Below, piece after piece: positions 1-9,203 of a DNA stretch of 64,000 nucleotides (within the stretch, counting starts at the first letter, position 1; each line of letters begins with the position of its first letter). The stretch is from an uncultured Actinomycetes bacterium (lineage in GTDB: Bacteria > Actinomycetota > UBA4738 > HRBIN12), in contig CAVPJX010000001.1 of assembly GCA_963705545.1 (NCBI GenBank), positions 1,093,246-1,157,245 on the forward strand, written 5' to 3'. The notes beneath the pieces were generated by a model. It did no database searches. It was not told where the DNA came from and saw nothing but the letters and a program-made list of their open reading frames with translations. Position numbers and translations under genes: made by a program.

Positions 1-626
1 TGCACATGGACCCGACGGACCGGGTCCTCGACGCGCTCCACGAGGTCAAGTGGCGGCACGACGGCACCCTCTCGCTCCGGCGATCGTGCGCGCACGGGGT
101 CTGCGGCTCGGACGCGATGCTGATCAACGGTCGCAACGCGCTGGCCTGCAAGGTCCTGGTCCAGGACGTCGCCCCGAAGGCGACGGTCGAGCCGATCAGA
201 GGCCTGGCCGTGCTCAAGGATCTGATCGTCGACATGGAGCCGTTCTTCGAGGGCTACAAGAGCGTGCTGCCGTTCCTGGTGAACGACGACGGCGAGCCCG
301 ATCGCGAGCGCTACCAGTCGCCCGAGGACCGGGCGCGGTACGACGACACCACGAAGTGCATCCTCTGCGCCGCCTGCACCACCTCGTGCCCGATCTTCTG
401 GGGGGACGAGGAGTACGTCGGACCGGCCGCGATCGTGAACGCGCACCGGTTCATCTTCGACTCGCGCGATACGGGCGCCCGGGAGCGGCTCAAGATCCTC
501 TCGGAGAAGACGGGGGTGTTCCGCTGCCGGACCACTTTCAACTGTACGGACGCCTGCCCGCGGGGCATCCAGGTGACGAAGGCGATCCAAGAGGTCAAGC
601 GCTCGATCCTGTTCGATCGCTTCTGA
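1..626 (+). CDS. sdhB: succinate dehydrogenase/fumarate reductase iron-sulfur subunit, 5'-truncated by window edge
   Basis: Translation has the 2Fe-2S, 4Fe-4S and 3Fe-4S cysteine motifs typical of SdhB/FrdB (CAHGVCGSDAM, CILCAACTTSCP, CTDACP). The ORF runs from the window edge to a stop at 626. Confidence 0.85.
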   Translation, partial: HMDPTDRVLDALHEVKWRHDGTLSLRRSCAHGVCGSDAMLINGRNALACKVLVQDVAPKATVEPIRGLAVLKDLIVDMEPFFEGYKSVLPFLVNDDGEPDRERYQSPEDRARYDDTTKCILCAACTTSCPIFWGDEEYVGPAAIVNAHRFIFDSRDTGARERLKILSEKTGVFRCRTTFNCTDACPRGIQVTKAIQEVKRSILFDRF

Positions 627-648
627 CGCCGTCGACCCGCGACCTCGT

Positions 649-1227
649 TCAGGCTGCCGTGATCCGGATGAGCGCCCGAGGTGTGTAGCCGCTCGCGACG
701 CCGTCCTCCACCGAGACGCCCCGGAACCGGAGCCGTCCCGCCCTCCCGGGCGTGAACCGGAACGCGGTCGCGCCCGGCTCGAGCGCCACCGTTCTCCACG
801 GCCCGGCGCCGCGCTTGCGCTCGAGGGCGAAGGTCCGTCCCGCGACCGTCGTGGACGCGAGCGTGATCGTGATCTCCGTTCCGATCGTGACCGGGCCGGC
901 GGGCGAGATCGCGAGCGGCACGACGACCACCCCGTGCATCGACGCGTGGATCGCGCAGTGATAGCGGAACGTGCCCGCCGATCCGAACGCGACGCTCGCG
1001 GACCCGCCGCCGGCGATCGTCCCCGTGTCCCAGAAGCCCTCGTCCGACGTCGAGGTATGGGCGACGGCGTAGCCCGTGTTGGAGAACGTCACGGTCTCGC
1101 CGAGGCTCGCCGTGAGGGTCGACGGGGAGAACGCGAGGTTCGCGATCACGACCGTCTGATCGGCCCGAGCGGGGATCGCCGGCACCACCACCAGGGCGAG
1201 CGTGACGAGCGCAGCGATACGTCGCAT
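649..1227 (-). CDS. secreted cupredoxin (plastocyanin/azurin-like blue copper protein)
   Basis: N-terminal signal peptide (MRRIAALVTLALVVVPAIPARA). C-terminal type-1 Cu ligand pattern YHCAIHASMHG (H..C..H..M). Confidence 0.7.
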   Translation of the reverse strand: MRRIAALVTLALVVVPAIPARADQTVVIANLAFSPSTLTASLGETVTFSNTGYAVAHTSTSDEGFWDTGTIAGGGSASVAFGSAGTFRYHCAIHASMHGVVVVPLAISPAGPVTIGTEITITLASTTVAGRTFALERKRGAGPWRTVALEPGATAFRFTPGRAGRLRFRGVSVEDGVASGYTPRALIRITAA

Positions 1228-1305
1228 GATCCCCTCCTCCGCGGATGGACCCAGGTAGTACGGACCGCGGGTGCGCCCGGTTCGCGGCGGCTAAGCTCGC
1301 GCCGC

Positions 1306-2379
1306 ATGACCCACCTCGTGACCCTGATCCCGGGCGACGGCATCGGACCGGAGGTCGCGCACGCGACGCGGCGGGTACTCGACGCCGCCGGCGCGGACCT
1401 CGAGTGGATCGAGCGGCCCGCGGGGGCTTCGGCGCTCGAGACCCACGGCGCCCTCCTGCCGGAGGAGACCGTCGACGCGATCCGCGCCTGCCGGGTGGCG
1501 ATCAAGGGGCCGATCACGACCCCCGTCGGAACCGGCTTCCGCAGCGTCAACGTCGCCCTCCGCCAAGATCTGGACCTGTTCGCCGCGGTCCGGCCCGCGC
1601 GGGCGCTCCCGGGCGTGACGGTCCGCCATCCCGGCGTGGACCTGGTCGTGATCCGAGAGAACACCGAGGACCTGTACCAAGGCGTGGAGTTCGCGGCGGG
1701 CTCCCCCGAGGCCGTCGAGCTGCGGCGCGAGCTCCACGAGCTCGCCGGGTTCGACGTTCCACCCAGCGCCGGCATCACCGTCAAGCCCATCTCGGTCACG
1801 GGCACCGAACGCATCGTGCGGTTCGCGTTCGAGTACGCGCGCAACCATGGACGTCGCTCGATCACCGTGGGCCACAAGGCGACGATCATGCGGTACTCGG
1901 ACGGCGTGTTCGTGCGGACGGCCGAACGCGCAGCGTCCGACGAGATGCTTCGCGGGAACATCGCCTACGAGGAGGTCCAGATCGACCACCTGTCGATGCG
2001 CTTGGCCCTCGATCCGAGGGCGTTCGACGTCCTGTTGCTGCCGAACCTCTACGGCGACATCCTCTCGGACCTCTGCGCGGGACTGGTCGGCGGGCTCGGC
2101 CTGATCCCCGGCGCGAACATCGGGTGGGAGTACGCGGTGTTCGAGCCGGTGCACGGGAGCGCTCCGGACATCGCGGGCCGGGGCCTCGCGAACCCCATCG
2201 CGATGATCCTCTCCGGCGCCATGATGCTGCGCCACCTCGGGGAGCTCGGAGCGGCCGGCCGGGTCGAGCGGGCCGTGGACCAGGTCCTCGAGGCCGGCGA
2301 GCCGCGAACGCCCGACCTCGGCGGGACCGCGAGCACCGACGACGTCGCGACCGCGATCGCGCGTCTCGTCGCGGACTGA
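1306..2379 (+). CDS. isocitrate/isopropylmalate dehydrogenase family, NAD-IDH-like paralog 1
   Basis: MTHLVTLIPGDGIGPEV N-terminus, and NLYGDILSDL plus GSAPDIAG motifs of beta-decarboxylating dehydrogenases. ATG at 1306 is in frame with the long ORF 934..2379. Neighbours are TCA genes. Confidence 0.85.
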   Translation: MTHLVTLIPGDGIGPEVAHATRRVLDAAGADLEWIERPAGASALETHGALLPEETVDAIRACRVAIKGPITTPVGTGFRSVNVALRQDLDLFAAVRPARALPGVTVRHPGVDLVVIRENTEDLYQGVEFAAGSPEAVELRRELHELAGFDVPPSAGITVKPISVTGTERIVRFAFEYARNHGRRSITVGHKATIMRYSDGVFVRTAERAASDEMLRGNIAYEEVQIDHLSMRLALDPRAFDVLLLPNLYGDILSDLCAGLVGGLGLIPGANIGWEYAVFEPVHGSAPDIAGRGLANPIAMILSGAMMLRHLGELGAAGRVERAVDQVLEAGEPRTPDLGGTASTDDVATAIARLVAD

Positions 2380-2447
2380 CCCCGAGGGTCGAGCGTGAGG
2401 GCGATGGGTGCTTCGCCCCTGGCCGTGCAGGTGCGAGACTCCCGTCG

Positions 2448-3092
2448 ATGCTTGCCGTGGTGAAGCCGAGCCCGCTCCGCCTGTGGGGCTTCCTGCTGAC
2501 GGTGATCGGGGGGGCGGCCCTCGCGTTCGGCTCGGTCTCGGACTGGGCCGCCGTCAGCCTCGGCGGGACCGATGAGGGTGCCGTCGCGACGAAGGGGATC
2601 GACGTGTGGCAGGGCAAGGTCACGCTCGCCCTCGGCGTCCTGATCGTCATCGGGATCCTCGTGCTCCGGTTCGTGCGCCCCGAGCGGCGGACGGGGCTCG
2701 CCGTGGCGATCATCGCGATGGGGTTCGTCGCGCTCGCGATGGCCGTCTGGTGCCTCTCGTCGCTCGAGGCGGTCGTGACGGACACCGGGGTCGACGCGCT
2801 CGTCCAGACGATCGTGACACAGCTCGGGTTGACCGAGTCGCAGGCACGCCAGCTCGTCGAGCAGGCGCTCGGGACGGCCGGCATCGAGGTCAAGGCCCAG
2901 GCCGGTCTCTGGGTCGCGCTGTTCGGCGCGGTCCTCGCCACGATCGGAGGCCTCGTGGACCTGGCGTGGGTCCGTCGGAAGCGCGAGCTCGGAGACGCGA
3001 TCGACGTCGACACGCACCCGGAGCCCCCGACGGCGACCGGCGACGCGGGGACGGCACGCCTCGACCCGAGCGATCCGGAACCCGGCTCCTAG
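2448..3092 (+). CDS. hypothetical integral membrane protein (4 predicted TM segments)
   Basis: ATG at 2448 in the frame of ORF 1245..3092. Hydrophobic segments LWGFLLTVIGGAALAF, LALGVLIVIGILVL, AVAIIAMGFVALAMAVW and LWVALFGAVLATIGGLV. No recognisable family. Confidence 0.5.
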   Translation: MLAVVKPSPLRLWGFLLTVIGGAALAFGSVSDWAAVSLGGTDEGAVATKGIDVWQGKVTLALGVLIVIGILVLRFVRPERRTGLAVAIIAMGFVALAMAVWCLSSLEAVVTDTGVDALVQTIVTQLGLTESQARQLVEQALGTAGIEVKAQAGLWVALFGAVLATIGGLVDLAWVRRKRELGDAIDVDTHPEPPTATGDAGTARLDPSDPEPGS

Positions 3093-4012
3093 AGCTTCGC
3101 CAGGTCGGCGCACTTCTCCCGGATGCCCTCGGCGGCACCCCGGAGCGAAGCGAGCTCGTCGTCGTTCAGGTCGAGCTCCACGATCCGCTCGACGCCGCCG
3201 CGCCCGAGCTTCGCCGGAACGCCGACGTAGACGTCCGAGATCCCGTACTCGCCCGTGCACCACGCGCAGACGGGCAGCACGTCGTCGACGTTCCCCGCGA
3301 TCGCTGCGACCATCCGCGTGACCGACGCACTCGGTGCGTAGTACGCGCTTCCCTTCTTGAGCAGCGACACGATCTCGGCACCGCCGTCGCGCGTCCGTCG
3401 GAACAGCCGCTCGAGCGTGGCCTCGTCGACCAGCTCCGGGAGCGGCTTCCCATCCACGGTCGCATGACGCGGGAGCGCGATCATGGCGTCGCCGTGCGAG
3501 CCGAGCGTCATCGCCTCGACGACCAGGGGCGAGACGCCCAACTCCTCGGCGATGAAGAACCGCAGGCGGGCCGAGTCGAGGACCCCGGCCATCCCCATCA
3601 CGCGCTCCTTCGGGAACCCGCTCACATCGGCCGCCAGGAACGTCATCTCGTCGAGCGGGTTCGTCACCACGATCACGATGGCGTCGGGCGAGCCGGGCGC
3701 AACCTGTTCGACGACGCTCCGCATGATCGCGGCGTTCTTGCCGAGGAGATCCATGCGGCTCATCCCCGGCTGGCGGGGGAACCCGGCCGTGATCACGACG
3801 ACGTCCGACCCCGCCGTGTCCGCGTAGTCGTTCGTGCCCACGATCGCCGGCTCGAAGCCCTCGACGGGGGATGACTCCTTGAGGTCCAGGGCGAGGCCCT
3901 GCGGGAGGCCTTCGACGATGTCGATCAGGCACACCTCGGCGATGCCCTTCTCCACCAGGCGCATGGCGGTGGTCTGGCCCACGAATCCGCTGCCGACGAC
4001 CGTGACCTTCAT
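3089..4012 (-). CDS. mdh: malate dehydrogenase (LDH-like MDH family)
   Basis: MKVTVVGSGFVGQTTA Rossmann N-terminus and VITAGFPRQPGMSRMDLL...TNPLD motifs. Start ATG is the complement of 4010-4012. The long upstream ORF extension is GC artefact. Confidence 0.9.
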   Translation of the reverse strand: MKVTVVGSGFVGQTTAMRLVEKGIAEVCLIDIVEGLPQGLALDLKESSPVEGFEPAIVGTNDYADTAGSDVVVITAGFPRQPGMSRMDLLGKNAAIMRSVVEQVAPGSPDAIVIVVTNPLDEMTFLAADVSGFPKERVMGMAGVLDSARLRFFIAEELGVSPLVVEAMTLGSHGDAMIALPRHATVDGKPLPELVDEATLERLFRRTRDGGAEIVSLLKKGSAYYAPSASVTRMVAAIAGNVDDVLPVCAWCTGEYGISDVYVGVPAKLGRGGVERIVELDLNDDELASLRGAAEGIREKCADLAKL

Positions 4013-4178
4013 GTTGGTTCCGCTCCTCGTTCCGCTGGTCGGAGCCATGCTACCCACCCGGTGCTCGCCGACGGTCTGAAGGAGGTCCGCGAGCGATCCG
4101 ACCGTGCCGGGCCACGAGCGGAGGCCCAGAATCCCGGGGGCCCCCTGTGCCCGCACCCCCCCGGATGCCGATACAGCG

Positions 4179-5288
4179 ATGATGGCCTCGCAACCGACCA
4201 CCCGTCCCGAGACGTGGGTGCCCGCCGGCGCCGAGCGGGGCGGTGCCCCGGCGACCGCTCCGAACGGGGGCTCGACGGTGACGGAGGGGCCCGCGGCCCG
4301 GCGCAGCCCGTCCGTGCCGCGCCCGCCGAAGGAGTCCCGGGAGCCCGAGCCGAAGCGGGCGTCGAGCGTCGGGCGACGGCTCGCGGACCTGCGGTGGGTC
4401 GCCCTGGGGATCGCGGTCCCGTGGGCCTGGTACCTGGTGCGCGATCTCGGCCCTGCGATGCAGCTGGTCGCGTTCGCCCTGCCGCTGGTGGTCGCCGCGT
4501 GCCTGGTCGGCCTGATCGTCGCCGCGTTCGACGGGAAGCGGATCACGACGGTGTTGGTCGCGATATCGGTGGCGCTGTTCGGATGGGTGACGATCATGGG
4601 ACCACGGAGCGCACAGCCCTCCCCCCTCCCCCAGGATCCGGTCCGTGTCGCCACGATCGCGACCGGGGATCGGCCCCTGGATGCCAAGACGCTCGCGGCC
4701 GCGGTGTCGCGCTCGCGCGCCGATGTCGTCCTGATCGCGTCCGCGTCCAAGCGGCAGCGGGAGTTGGCGTCGGGCCTGAAGGGCTTCGAAGGACGCCTGG
4801 TGCGTGCTCCCTTCGTGGTGCTCTCCCGGTTCCCGGTCGATGAGCTCCCGCTCGCGAAGGGGCTCGCGAAGGACCTGACGATCCGGGTCCAGGTGCAGCG
4901 CCCCGGCGGCACGTTCATCCTCTACGGCGTGAACAGCGGCACCTCACCGCTCGACGCCGCGCTCCACATCCCCGTGCGTCCCGATCGGCTGCGCCAGGCG
5001 ATCGTCACGGAAGACCTTCCGGTCGTGCTCCTGGGCGATCTGGGGATCACGGATCGTTCCACGGAGTACCGCGACCTGATCGAGGTCCTGCGGGACGCGA
5101 TGCGGGCCGGCGCTTCCGCGCAGAGCACCCTCGTCTCGCCGGTCTGGACCCCGCTGCTCCTGCGGGTGGATCACGTGCTGACGTGGGCGTCGTGGTGCGC
5201 GCGCGGCGGCGAGTCGTTCGACGTGCCGGGCTCGGAGCACGTCGGGCTGTCGGTCGCGGTCGGACCGTGCCCGACCCGGCGGGCCTAG
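4179..5288 (+). CDS. membrane-anchored endonuclease/exonuclease/phosphatase (EEP)-like protein
   Basis: Three N-terminal TM helices followed by a domain with VVLLGDLGITDRS and VDHVLTW motifs reminiscent of the EEP fold. Its stop (5286-5288) overlaps the stop of the convergent gene. Confidence 0.5.
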   Translation: MMASQPTTRPETWVPAGAERGGAPATAPNGGSTVTEGPAARRSPSVPRPPKESREPEPKRASSVGRRLADLRWVALGIAVPWAWYLVRDLGPAMQLVAFALPLVVAACLVGLIVAAFDGKRITTVLVAISVALFGWVTIMGPRSAQPSPLPQDPVRVATIATGDRPLDAKTLAAAVSRSRADVVLIASASKRQRELASGLKGFEGRLVRAPFVVLSRFPVDELPLAKGLAKDLTIRVQVQRPGGTFILYGVNSGTSPLDAALHIPVRPDRLRQAIVTEDLPVVLLGDLGITDRSTEYRDLIEVLRDAMRAGASAQSTLVSPVWTPLLLRVDHVLTWASWCARGGESFDVPGSEHVGLSVAVGPCPTRRA

Positions 5289-6370
5289 TCCGACAGCGCC
5301 GCGACCACCGCGTCGGCAACCTCGATCGTCGTCGCGGGGGCCCGGTCGTCCGCCGGTACCCGAAGATCGCGGGTGACGTGCGTGCCCTCCGCGAGCACGG
5401 CGGCGATCGCGGCCTCGAGCCGGTCGCCCGCCTCCGTCTCCGTGAGGTGACGGAGCATCATCGCGCCCGACAGCATCAGCCCGACCGGGTTCGCGAGGTG
5501 ACGCCCGGCCAGGCGCGGCGCCGTGCCGTGCGTCGCCTCGAAGACGGCGATCGTGTCCCCGAAGTGTCCGCCCGGGGCGACCCCCAGGCCGCCGATCAGG
5601 CCCGCTCCCAGGTCCGACACGATGTCCCCGTAGAGGTTCGGCATGACCAGGACGTCGAACCGCTCCGGCGTGCGGATCAGCTCCATGCAGAGCGCGTCGA
5701 TGATGCGGTCCTCGAACGCGACGTCGGGGAACCCATCGGCGGCGACCAGCCGGGCCACCTCCAGGAAGAGCCCGTCGGTGACCTTCATGATGTTCGCCTT
5801 GTGGCTCGCCGTGACGAGCCGCCGGCCACCCGACCGCGCGAGCTCGAAGGCGTAGCGGACGATCCGCTCGCTCCCCTCCCGACTGATCGTCTTGATCGAC
5901 ACACCGCTGTCCTCGCGGATCCTCCGGCCCGTCGCCGCCTCGATGAACCGGATCAACTCCTTCGTGTCCGGCTCTCCCATCGCGAACTCGATGCCGGTGT
6001 ACATCCCCTCGGTGTTCTCGCGCACGACGATCAGGTCGACGTCCCCGTACACGCTCGGCACGCCGGCGTACCGACGGCACGGACGGACGCACGCGAACAG
6101 GTCGAGTTCCTGCCGGAGCGTGACGTTCACGCTCCGCAGCCCGCTCGTCACCGGCGTCTCGACGGGCCCCTTCAGCGCCACGCCGGTGCCGCGGATCGAG
6201 GTGATGGTGGCATCCGGGAGCGGGGATCCGGTCCGGGCGAACGCGCCCGCCCCCATCTCCCGGCGGTCCCACTCGATCCGCACCCCGGTGGCCTCGACGA
6301 CGCGTCGCGTGGCCTCCACGACCTCGGGCCCGATCCCGTCGCCCGGGATCAGCGTCACCCGATGGCTCAC
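5285..6370 (-). CDS. isocitrate/isopropylmalate dehydrogenase family, NAD-IDH-like paralog 2
   Basis: MSHRVTLIPGDGIGPEV, NLYGDIVSDL and GTAPRLAG motifs. About 50% identical by eye to the 1306..2379 product. Transcribed divergently from citrate synthase. Confidence 0.85.
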   Translation of the reverse strand: MSHRVTLIPGDGIGPEVVEATRRVVEATGVRIEWDRREMGAGAFARTGSPLPDATITSIRGTGVALKGPVETPVTSGLRSVNVTLRQELDLFACVRPCRRYAGVPSVYGDVDLIVVRENTEGMYTGIEFAMGEPDTKELIRFIEAATGRRIREDSGVSIKTISREGSERIVRYAFELARSGGRRLVTASHKANIMKVTDGLFLEVARLVAADGFPDVAFEDRIIDALCMELIRTPERFDVLVMPNLYGDIVSDLGAGLIGGLGVAPGGHFGDTIAVFEATHGTAPRLAGRHLANPVGLMLSGAMMLRHLTETEAGDRLEAAIAAVLAEGTHVTRDLRVPADDRAPATTIEVADAVVAALSD

Positions 6371-6420
6371 CCAGCTTCCTCCAGCGTCGCGTCGTCGGCC
6401 CCGCCGGTATCCTGGCAGAC

Positions 6421-7539
6421 GTGACGGAGAAGGGCCTCCGCGAGGTCATCGCCGCCGATACGAACATCTCCGACATCGACGGGGAACGCGGACGCCTGTG
6501 GTACGTCGGATACGAGATCGGCGACCTGGCCGAGCACATCAGCTACGAAGAGGCCGTCTACCTGCTGCATCATCTCGACCTGCCGACGAAGGACCAGCTC
6601 GAGGGCCTGAACGAGTTCCTCGTCCGCGAACGCGAGCCATCGCCGTTCCTCGCGCGGCTGATGCCGACCCTCGCCCAGCAGGCGTCGCCCATGTCGATGC
6701 TCCGCACGTCGATCTCGGCCGCGTCCACCTACGACCCCGACGGATGGGACGAGTCCGCCGAGGCGCAGCTGCGCAAGGCGTTGCGCCTCGTGGCGAAGAC
6801 CCCGACGCTCATCGCGAGCTACCACCGACACCGGACCGGGCAGGACGTCCTGCCGTCCAACCCGAAGCTCTCGCACGCCGCGAACTTCCTGTGGATGCTG
6901 CTGGGCGAGGAGCCCGACCCCGAGGACGCGCGAGCCCTCGACGCCACGTTCGTCCTGTACGCCGACCACACGATGAACGCCTCGACCTTCACGGCGCGGA
7001 TCATCGCCTCGACCCTCGCCGACATGTTCTCGGCGATCACCGGCGCGATCGCCGCCCTGAAGGGTCCGCTCCACGGCGGGGCGAACGAGGAGGCGATGAA
7101 GATGCTCGAGGAGATCGGCTCGCCCGATCGCGCCGAGGCCTACGTCCGCGACCGCCTCGAGCGCCACGAGAAGATCATGGGGTTCGGCCACGCCGTCTAC
7201 CGCACGATGGATCCGCGTGCGACGGTGCTGAAGCGACTCTCGCGCGAGGTCTGTGAGCGCGCTCACGACCTGCGCTGGTACGAGATCTCGGAGGCGATCG
7301 AATCCACGGTGCACGAGCAGAAGGGCCTGTGGCCGAACGTCGACTTCTATGCGGCGAGCGTGTACCACGTGCTCGGCATCCCGACGGACCTGATGACGCC
7401 GATCTTCGCCCTGGCTCGGATGGCGGGGTGGACCGCGCACGTCCGCGAGCAGTACGCCGACAACCGGGTGATCCGCCCGGGCTCGGTGTACATCGGGCCG
7501 ACCGACCGCGCCTGGGTGCCCGTGGAGGAGCGCGGCTGA
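6421..7539 (+). CDS. gltA: citrate synthase (short, about 370-aa type)
   Basis: GFGHAVY motif, the catalytic His/Asp region and the full-length citrate synthase fold (372 aa). Confidence 0.9.
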   Translation: MTEKGLREVIAADTNISDIDGERGRLWYVGYEIGDLAEHISYEEAVYLLHHLDLPTKDQLEGLNEFLVREREPSPFLARLMPTLAQQASPMSMLRTSISAASTYDPDGWDESAEAQLRKALRLVAKTPTLIASYHRHRTGQDVLPSNPKLSHAANFLWMLLGEEPDPEDARALDATFVLYADHTMNASTFTARIIASTLADMFSAITGAIAALKGPLHGGANEEAMKMLEEIGSPDRAEAYVRDRLERHEKIMGFGHAVYRTMDPRATVLKRLSREVCERAHDLRWYEISEAIESTVHEQKGLWPNVDFYAASVYHVLGIPTDLMTPIFALARMAGWTAHVREQYADNRVIRPGSVYIGPTDRAWVPVEERG

Positions 7540-7550
7540 CCACGCCGGCG

Positions 7551-7575
7551 CAGGTAGTCTGACGCAGACTACCTG
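7551..7575. terminator. perfect 11-bp stem hairpin (caggtagtctg-acg-cagactacctg) between convergent gltA and the amidohydrolase gene
   Basis: Inverted repeat read directly. Lies between convergent stops and overlaps the amidohydrolase stop codon. Confidence 0.4.
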
Positions 7576-9203
7576 GCGAACACCTCGACCCCCCCGACGA
7601 TCGTCCGCTCGATGCGCACGTCCAGGATCGCCCGCGGATCGTCCGACGCGGACAGATCGGTGGAGCAGACGGCCAGGTCCGCCACCTTCCCCGGCGTGAT
7701 CGACCCCCGGTCGTCGTCCACGCCGACGGCCCAGGCGGACCCCAGCGTGTACGCGCGGATCGCCGTCGCGAGGTCCACGGTCTCCTCCGGGACCCATGCA
7801 CCCGTGCCGTCCAGATCCGCCCGGGTGAGTGCCGTGTAGATCCCGATCATCGGATCCATCTCCGCGACGTTCCAGTCGGACGAGAAGGCGAGCGTGGCAC
7901 CCGAGTCCCGGAGCGAGCGGAACGCCCACGCGTGTGGCCACCGGCTCGGACCGACGTTCGCACGCCAGTCCGCCACGATCGACGGGGCGCAATGACGGGG
8001 CTGCATGCACGCCGCGACGCGCAACGCGGCGAATCGGCCCACGTCGTCCGGATGCAGGCACTCCACGTGGACGATCAGGTGCCGCGGGCCGGTGTCGCCG
8101 TTGGCCTCCCGCGCCGCCGCGAACGCGTCGAGCGCGATCCGGATCCCGCGGTCGCCCGTCGCGTGGATGTGACACGGCCAGCCTCGCGCGTCGAGATCGG
8201 TGACGACCGCGGTGAGCTCCGCCGGGTCCCAGAACGGCTCCCCTCGCTCGTCGGGGCGGTTCGCGTAGGGCTCGAGCATCGCCGCCGTCCACGGCTCGAT
8301 CACGTCGTCGGCGTACAGCTTGATCGCCCCGACCCGAAGCCGGTCGTCGTCGAACCGAGCGCGGGCCGCATCGAACTCCCGGCGCTCGGTCTCGGTGGTC
8401 CCCACGGGATGGAACATCGCCGCGACCAGCCGAGAGCGAAGGCGACCCTCGGCGCGGGCGCGTTCGAAGATCCACAGGTCGTCCGGCGAGTTCTGGGGTT
8501 CGACCACGGTCGTGATGCCGTAGCCGATCGCGAGGTCGAGGCTCTCCAGGGTCCGCTCGTACTGGAGTTCCCGCCCGTAGCCGGGGACCACGGCCTCGAG
8601 CGCGGCCTGCCCCCGCCGGCTGATCCCCATCACGGCGAAGTCCGTGAGGAACCCGGTCGGTTCGCCCGCGTCGTCCAGCCGCACCCGCCCGAACGGCACC
8701 GATCCGACGCCGCGCTCGATCCCGAACGCGGCCATCGCCTCGCGGTTCAGCCAGACGTTGTGAACGTCGTAGGAGAACAGGAAGGCCGGGCGCCCGTCCG
8801 TCAGGCCCTCGAGGTCCTCCCAGGTCGGCAGCCGGCCGCCCGGGAGCGCCGCGTAGTTCCAGCCGACCCCCTCGATCCACGCGTGCTCGGGGTGCGCGTC
8901 GGCGAAGGCGCGCACCCGGGACCGGAGCTCGTCGAGCGTGGCGGCACCGGCGAGGTCCACCTCGAGGGGGTTCGAGCCCAGCCGCACGTGGTTGTGGCTG
9001 TCGACGATGCCCGGGAGGACCGTGGCGCCGCGCGCGTCCACGACCTCGGTGGCCGCACCGACGTGCGCTCCGGCGTCGCCGTCGGCGCCGACCCAGGCGA
9101 TCCGGTCGCCCGCGACGCCGACCGCCGAGGCGGTCGGCATGCGTTCGTCCACCGTGACGACCGCGGCGTTGCGGATCACGAGGTCCACGGCGTCACCAGG
9201 CAC
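7569..9203 (-). CDS. amidohydrolase family protein (YtcJ-like amidohydrolase 3)
   Basis: GIVDSHNHV metal-binding motif near the N-terminus, HIHATGD and HVECLH motifs, 544 aa. Confidence 0.8.
   Translation of the reverse strand: MPGDAVDLVIRNAAVVTVDERMPTASAVGVAGDRIAWVGADGDAGAHVGAATEVVDARGATVLPGIVDSHNHVRLGSNPLEVDLAGAATLDELRSRVRAFADAHPEHAWIEGVGWNYAALPGGRLPTWEDLEGLTDGRPAFLFSYDVHNVWLNREAMAAFGIERGVGSVPFGRVRLDDAGEPTGFLTDFAVMGISRRGQAALEAVVPGYGRELQYERTLESLDLAIGYGITTVVEPQNSPDDLWIFERARAEGRLRSRLVAAMFHPVGTTETERREFDAARARFDDDRLRVGAIKLYADDVIEPWTAAMLEPYANRPDERGEPFWDPAELTAVVTDLDARGWPCHIHATGDRGIRIALDAFAAAREANGDTGPRHLIVHVECLHPDDVGRFAALRVAACMQPRHCAPSIVADWRANVGPSRWPHAWAFRSLRDSGATLAFSSDWNVAEMDPMIGIYTALTRADLDGTGAWVPEETVDLATAIRAYTLGSAWAVGVDDDRGSITPGKVADLAVCSTDLSASDDPRAILDVRIERTIVGGVEVFAR

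Noticed and set aside
2049-3932. Very long ORFs (627 aa here; also 6367-8880 at 837 aa, 23946-26576 at 876 aa, 1245-3092 N-terminal part, 7932-9737) with Arg/Pro/Gly-rich low-complexity translations
   Set aside because: They lie antisense or out of frame to well-supported genes (mdh, gltA/amidohydrolase, pcrA, IDH). They have no motifs and show the amino-acid bias expected from reading GC-rich DNA out of frame, so they are shadow ORFs.
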